Positions 59,777 through 64,000 of a stretch of 64,000 nucleotides of DNA are shown in pieces. The stretch lies in contig CAVQXT010000007.1 of the NCBI GenBank assembly GCA_963717945.1, positions 1,006,808-1,070,807 on the forward strand, given 5' to 3'. Under the pieces are notes generated by a model. The model was given only the letters and a program-made list of their open reading frames with translations, had not been told where the DNA came from and ran no database searches. Numbering within the stretch: the first letter of the stretch is position 1; each line of letters begins with the position of its first letter. The translations under genes and the position numbers were made by a program. The stretch is from an uncultured Acidobacteriota bacterium. GTDB lineage: Bacteria; Acidobacteriota; Vicinamibacteria; Vicinamibacterales; Fen-181.

Positions 59777-61074
59777 TATTCGCTTTCCCACCTGAACCGC
59801 GCGACGGCCAGGCCTCCGAAAACGAGCGCCGCGGCCAGCAGGAACAGGATGGGCCAGCCGACCGACGAGAGGCCCAGCCCGCGCCAGGTCGTCGCATCCA
59901 GGCCGTCTACCGCCCACCGGGTCGGCACCACGGCGGTCGCCTGCTGGAGCCACTTCGGGAAGACGAACGTGGGGACCCACGCGCCGCCGAGCATCACGAG
60001 CAGCAGCGTGGAGACGATCGCCAACCCGCGGGCGCTGTCCGGCGTCCGGCCGAGGCTGGCGATGAGCAGGCCGAATGCGGCGGCGAGCAGCGAGAACGCG
60101 ACGGCCACGCCCATGAAGCCGACGAGGCTGCCCTCGATGCGGACGCCGAAGACCACCCACGCGAACAGGTAGAGGCAGGCCAGGATGAAGAGCGACAGCA
60201 GCGCCGTGCTGACGGCCCTGCTGCCGAGCAGGACGGTCCTGGAGAGCGGTGCGGCGCGCAGCCGTTTCCAAAGCCCCTCGCGTCGCTGCATCAGCAGCCC
60301 CACGCCCATCTCGATCGCCATGAAGAGGATGAACTGCACGCCCATGCCGGCAAACGAGTGGGCGTAGCCGTTGTAGACGATGCCCGGGCCCGACGTGACG
60401 GCCGCCTTCTTCACCTCGAACGGGACCGTCAGGCCGTTGGCCTCGCCGGTCGATCCGGAGGTGCGGCTGACGTCGTTCCAGCCCTTCACGCCCTCGAGCA
60501 GCGTCGTCAGCGCGCGCCGCTGGTCCGAGGCGATGGCGGTGTCCTCGCGGACCCTCGCCAGCGACGCGTCCACCGCGTCCCGGCCGGTCTTCCCGCTGAA
60601 CATCTCCTTGCTGACCGCCTCCATGGCGTGGCCGGCGAGAATGCCCTGGACCATGCCGGCTTCGGTCGCGTGAGAGGGGTCGTACAGCAGCTCGATGTCC
60701 GCCTTCGCGGCACCCGGTCCGCCGAAGAAGGCGGCAGACGCCGTTTTACCGAACCCCGCCGGGACGCGGAGAGCGACCGGCGCCTTCCCGCGCCGGACCG
60801 CGTCCCGCGCCTCGCCCGGCGAAGCGGCTTTCACGTCGAGCGCGGCGTCGGCCTTCAGCAGCGCCGCCAGGTTGGTGGAGATCGCGCTGTGGTCCTCGTC
60901 GGCGATCATCACCACGACGCGGCTCATCTCGCGCTGGCCGCCCGTCTCTCCGAAGATGAACCCGAAGAACGACGCGATCGCGATCGGCGCGACGACCGAC
61001 ATCAGCACCGCGCGCCGGTCCGACAGGTAGATCCGGATGTCCTTTGTGACGAGCGCGGTGAAGGCTCGCATCAT
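59776..61074 (-). CDS. ABC-2 type exporter permease
   Basis: ATG 61074 (ATGA overlap with the ATPase stop) within ORF 59776..61176. One N-terminal TM, a large periplasmic loop and five C-terminal TMs. Confidence 0.75.
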   Translation of the reverse strand: MMRAFTALVTKDIRIYLSDRRAVLMSVVAPIAIASFFGFIFGETGGQREMSRVVVMIADEDHSAISTNLAALLKADAALDVKAASPGEARDAVRRGKAPVALRVPAGFGKTASAAFFGGPGAAKADIELLYDPSHATEAGMVQGILAGHAMEAVSKEMFSGKTGRDAVDASLARVREDTAIASDQRRALTTLLEGVKGWNDVSRTSGSTGEANGLTVPFEVKKAAVTSGPGIVYNGYAHSFAGMGVQFILFMAIEMGVGLLMQRREGLWKRLRAAPLSRTVLLGSRAVSTALLSLFILACLYLFAWVVFGVRIEGSLVGFMGVAVAFSLLAAAFGLLIASLGRTPDSARGLAIVSTLLLVMLGGAWVPTFVFPKWLQQATAVVPTRWAVDGLDATTWRGLGLSSVGWPILFLLAAALVFGGLAVARFRWESE

Positions 61075-62006
61075 CGATCTCGCAGCGCCCGCCCGGTGAG
61101 GGTCAGGAAGACGGTTTCGAGGCTGGCCCGCTCGGTGGCGACGTGGTGGTAGTTGTGGCCGTGGGCGGTGAACCACTGCAGCACCGAGGGCATCGTGGCG
61201 CCCAGGTCGGCCACCGTGACCCGGATCACGCCCTGGGCCGTCTCGACGCGCTGCACGCCACCCAGCGCCTGCAGCCCGTCGGCCGGGACGGCGTCGGCCG
61301 CGACGGCAAGGGTGACGGTGATGACGTTCCGGGCCGGCACGAGCTTCGACAACTCCTGCGCGGTGCCGTCGGCGATCACCCGGCCGTGGTCGAGGATGAC
61401 GATCCGGTCGCAGAGCCGCTCGGCCTCCTCCATGTAGTGCGTCGTGTAGAGGATCGTCGTGCCGCGCCGCTTGAGCGTCTCGAGGTTGTCGAAGATCGCG
61501 TTGCGGCTCTGCGGATCGACGCCGACCGTCGGCTCGTCGAGCAGGAGGATGGCCGGGGCGTGGAGCAGGGCGGCCGCGAGGTTCAGCCGCCGCTTCATGC
61601 CGCCGCTGAAGGTCCGGACCTTGTCCTGCGCCCGTTCGGTCAGCCCGGTCAGGCCCAGCGCGTCGGCGATGGCGCGACGGGTCGCCTGGCGATCGAGGTC
61701 GTAGAGCGCCGAGAACAGCCGCAGGTTCTCGGCCGCCGAGAGCTCGTCGATGAGCGCCAGATCCTGGGTGACCAGGCCGATCCGCGACTTGAGGGGGTCG
61801 GTGTCGCCGGCGAGCCGGCGCCCGTCGATCAGCACCTCGCCCGAGTCCGGGCGCAGCAGCCCCGCAATCATCGCCACCGTCGTGGTCTTGCCCGCCCCGT
61901 TGGGGCCGAGCAGGCCGACCGTCTCGCCCGCGGCGGCGGCGAACGTCACGTGATCGACCGCCGTCAGAGTGCCGAAGCGCCGTGTGACGTCGTGCAGGTC
62001 AAGCAT
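61071..62006 (-). CDS. ABC transporter ATP-binding protein (ABC-2 subfamily)
   Basis: ORF 61071..62006. GPNGAGKTTT, FSGGMKRRLNLAAAL, LLLDEPTVGVD. Confidence 0.85.
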   Translation of the reverse strand: MLDLHDVTRRFGTLTAVDHVTFAAAAGETVGLLGPNGAGKTTTVAMIAGLLRPDSGEVLIDGRRLAGDTDPLKSRIGLVTQDLALIDELSAAENLRLFSALYDLDRQATRRAIADALGLTGLTERAQDKVRTFSGGMKRRLNLAAALLHAPAILLLDEPTVGVDPQSRNAIFDNLETLKRRGTTILYTTHYMEEAERLCDRIVILDHGRVIADGTAQELSKLVPARNVITVTLAVAADAVPADGLQALGGVQRVETAQGVIRVTVADLGATMPSVLQWFTAHGHNYHHVATERASLETVFLTLTGRALRDR

Positions 62007-62101
62007 CGGAGCGATCGCCCGAATTGGACAAACGTGGCTGCCGGGAAGTTCGCCGGGACGCCGAATCTGGTATTCTCCAGCTGCGCATCAGGGAGTGTCT
62101 C

Positions 62102-63178
62102 ATGATTCAAGCCAGGATCACAGTGGCGCCCTGTCTCGTCGCACTCGTCCTCGCCGGTGCCGCCTGCGGCACCAAGCCACCGGCGTCCGACGCCGGGCCT
62201 GACAACAGCCGCCCGGTCGTGGCCAGGGAACGGCTCGCGGTCTTCGCGCCGCTCCCCTCCTCGGTGACGCCCGACTCCGGCCGCATCGACGAGCACGCCG
62301 TCGTGCTCGGCCGGATGCTCTTCTACGAGCCGCGCCTCTCGAAGAGCCAGACCATCTCCTGCAACACCTGCCACGACTTGTCGCAGTACGGCGCGGACGG
62401 CCAGCCCACCTCCGACGGGTTCAAGGGGCAGCGGGGCACGAGGAACGCTCCGACGGTGTTCAACGCCGCGGCGCACTTCGCCCAGTTCTGGGACGGCCGC
62501 GCGGCGGACGTCGAGGCGCAGGCCAAGGGCCCCGTGCTGAACCCGGTGGAAATGGCGCTGCCGAGCGCCAATCGGGCGGTCGTCGTCCTGAAGTCGATGC
62601 CCGAGTACGTGGACCTGTTCAGGCGGGCGTTCCCAAATGAGAAGGACCCGGTCACCTTCGACAACATGGCGAAGGCGATCGGCGCCTTCGAGCGCAAGCT
62701 GATGACGCCGTCGAGGTGGGACGCGCTGCTCAACGGGGATACCGCCGCGTTGACGCCCGCCGAGACGATGGGCCTGCGCACGTTCCTCGACACCGGCTGC
62801 CAGGTCTGCCACAACGGGGCGCTGCTCGGGGGGACGAGCTATCAGAAGCTGGGGCTGGCCAAGCCCTATCCCGGCCTCGCCGACCCCGGCCGCTTCGACG
62901 TGACGAAGGTCCAGTCCGACTTCGGCATGTTCAAGGTGCCGTCGCTGCGCAACGTGGCGCGGACAGGGCCGTACTTCCACGACGGCAAGGTCGCCACGTT
63001 GGACGACGCGGTGCGGAAGATGGCCGAGTTCCAACTGGGGAAGAAGCTGTCGGACGAAGAGGTCCGGCAGATCGTCGCCTTCCTGAGGGTGCTGACCGGG
63101 CGCATCGATCCCGAGTACATCAAGCCGCCCGTGCTGCCGAAGAGCACGGCGAAGACGCCGAAGCCGGAACCGCGGTAG
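62102..63178 (+). CDS. Dihaem cytochrome c peroxidase (CCP/MauG family) lipoprotein
   Basis: ATG 62102 within ORF 62024..63178. Lipobox LAGAAC, CNTCH and CQVCH, FKVPSLRNVARTGPYFHDG. Confidence 0.85.
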   Translation: MIQARITVAPCLVALVLAGAACGTKPPASDAGPDNSRPVVARERLAVFAPLPSSVTPDSGRIDEHAVVLGRMLFYEPRLSKSQTISCNTCHDLSQYGADGQPTSDGFKGQRGTRNAPTVFNAAAHFAQFWDGRAADVEAQAKGPVLNPVEMALPSANRAVVVLKSMPEYVDLFRRAFPNEKDPVTFDNMAKAIGAFERKLMTPSRWDALLNGDTAALTPAETMGLRTFLDTGCQVCHNGALLGGTSYQKLGLAKPYPGLADPGRFDVTKVQSDFGMFKVPSLRNVARTGPYFHDGKVATLDDAVRKMAEFQLGKKLSDEEVRQIVAFLRVLTGRIDPEYIKPPVLPKSTAKTPKPEPR

Positions 63179-63181
63179 CGC

Positions 63182-63946
63182 TCACCGCCTGGCGTCGGTC
63201 CTCCGAATCGCGCTGACCCACGGCTCGAGCCGCGCGCCCCAGCGAACCGTGGCCACGTAGCGCGGCGGGCGAGGCTCGGTGTCTATCCCGGGCATGCCGG
63301 CTCGTCGTGGCGTTCCCGGACGGGCGGCGAGCGTCTCGATGTCGTGGCGCAGGTCGCGCGGCAGGTTCAGGTCGGAGACCAGCACGCTGTACACCCGGCC
63401 CGCCACTCGAGGCGGGAGGCCGGGTTGAGAGACGACCGTCAGCCCCACGACGGCCTGCACGATGGCGACGCGCGTACGGTCGGGGTAGCGCGCGCGGAGC
63501 CGTGCGGCGTCGAGGTCGAGATCCACGAGCATGAGGTGGGGCACGCCGTCGGCCGACGTCGTATCCACATTCGGAGGCAGGCTCGCAGCGTAGCGCTGCC
63601 AGGCCGGCCCCTCGTACTCCAGGGCCGCGTAGACGCGCCGCGCCGGCATGGACGAATAGCGCCTGGCGTTCTCCCGCGTCACCGGAACGCTGCAATCGAA
63701 GCCGAGCGAAGCGAGCTTCGCCTGGTTGAACCAGTCGGTATTGCGGGCGATGTTCGGGCCGGTCCAATCCAGCCGGAGCGAAACGGCGCTGTTCTCCGGC
63801 GCCCCGGGCACCAGCCGCACCTCGCGCTCGGTGAGCTGGAGCACCGCGTCGGAGTCGCCCAGTCGATTGACGGCGGCCAGCCCGAGCGCCCAGAAGTTGG
63901 ATCCGACGACGACCGCGGCGGCCAGCCAAAGACCCTTGCGCGTCAT
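63182..63946 (-). CDS. Membrane-anchored hypothetical protein (DUF4824-like, tentative)
   Basis: ORF 63182..63946, with one N-terminal TM. Its ATG overlaps the stop of the upstream gene (ATGA). Confidence 0.45.
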   Translation of the reverse strand: MTRKGLWLAAAVVVGSNFWALGLAAVNRLGDSDAVLQLTEREVRLVPGAPENSAVSLRLDWTGPNIARNTDWFNQAKLASLGFDCSVPVTRENARRYSSMPARRVYAALEYEGPAWQRYAASLPPNVDTTSADGVPHLMLVDLDLDAARLRARYPDRTRVAIVQAVVGLTVVSQPGLPPRVAGRVYSVLVSDLNLPRDLRHDIETLAARPGTPRRAGMPGIDTEPRPPRYVATVRWGARLEPWVSAIRRTDARR

Positions 63947-64000
63947 CTCGCGCCTCCCCTCATCCGCAGCCGGAGTCTCGCGAGCAGAGCCATGGCACCC
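63943..64000 (-). CDS. 3' end of an unidentified gene (5' part outside the window)
   Basis: The minus-strand frame reads ...GAMALLARLRLRMRGGAR-stop, with TGA at 63945-63943. Confidence 0.3.
   Translation of the reverse strand, partial: GAMALLARLRLRMRGGAR

Overview
Very GC-rich, gene-dense bacterial chromosomal segment. The gene content (carboxypeptidase-regulatory-like TonB receptors, a Tad pilus tail, sigma-54 activators, multihaem cytochromes) suggests an Acidobacteriota-like soil lineage; this is inference only. Left to right: (1) the end of a Tad/Flp pilus locus (tadG-like vWA, two tadE-like genes, DUF192, a sensor-less sigma-54 activator) with a consensus sigma-54 promoter. (2) A ~15 kb ABC-transporter-dependent glycan cluster at 4.4-19.7 kb (GT-C, GT4s including a tandem-duplicated one, wzm/wzt, a geranylgeranyl-reductase-like flavoenzyme, radical SAM, GT4-GT2 fusion, GT2). 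(3) A J-domain gene and a yigZ gene whose shared divergent promoter region is duplicated around about 6.4 kb of cargo (GT87 + UbiA-CBM, then Rieske + cytochrome b fused to a ~12-haem cytochrome c). (4) An APH-M23-aminotransferase fusion and a murG-like/HEAT/mraY-like trio. (5) A sigma-54 activator plus HD-GYP/GAF/GGDEF operon, a DEAD-box helicase, outer-membrane proteins and a PAS protein. (6) A TPP-riboswitch operon (TonB receptor, PnuC-family transporter, NadR-like kinase). (7) An intact REP-associated tyrosine transposase (RAYT) flanked by REP arrays, with two more REP clusters elsewhere. (8) An ABC-2 exporter and a cytochrome c peroxidase. No rRNA, tRNA or CRISPR was found. Three points deserve a second look. 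First, five genes show apparent single-base frame breaks (four +1, one -1), and two of them fall on the identical 8-mer GTACCGAG (codons UAC-CGA-G). Second, the duplication footprint around the respiratory/glycolipid cargo looks like single-crossover (Campbell-type) integration. Third, at least three non-coding repeat families are present: GTGTRG hairpins with a TCCT loop, GATAG/GTAG hairpins with a TTCA loop, and GGCTCAR heptamer tracts that also extend into coding sequence. All calls come from reading the sequence and ORF translations; no database search was run.
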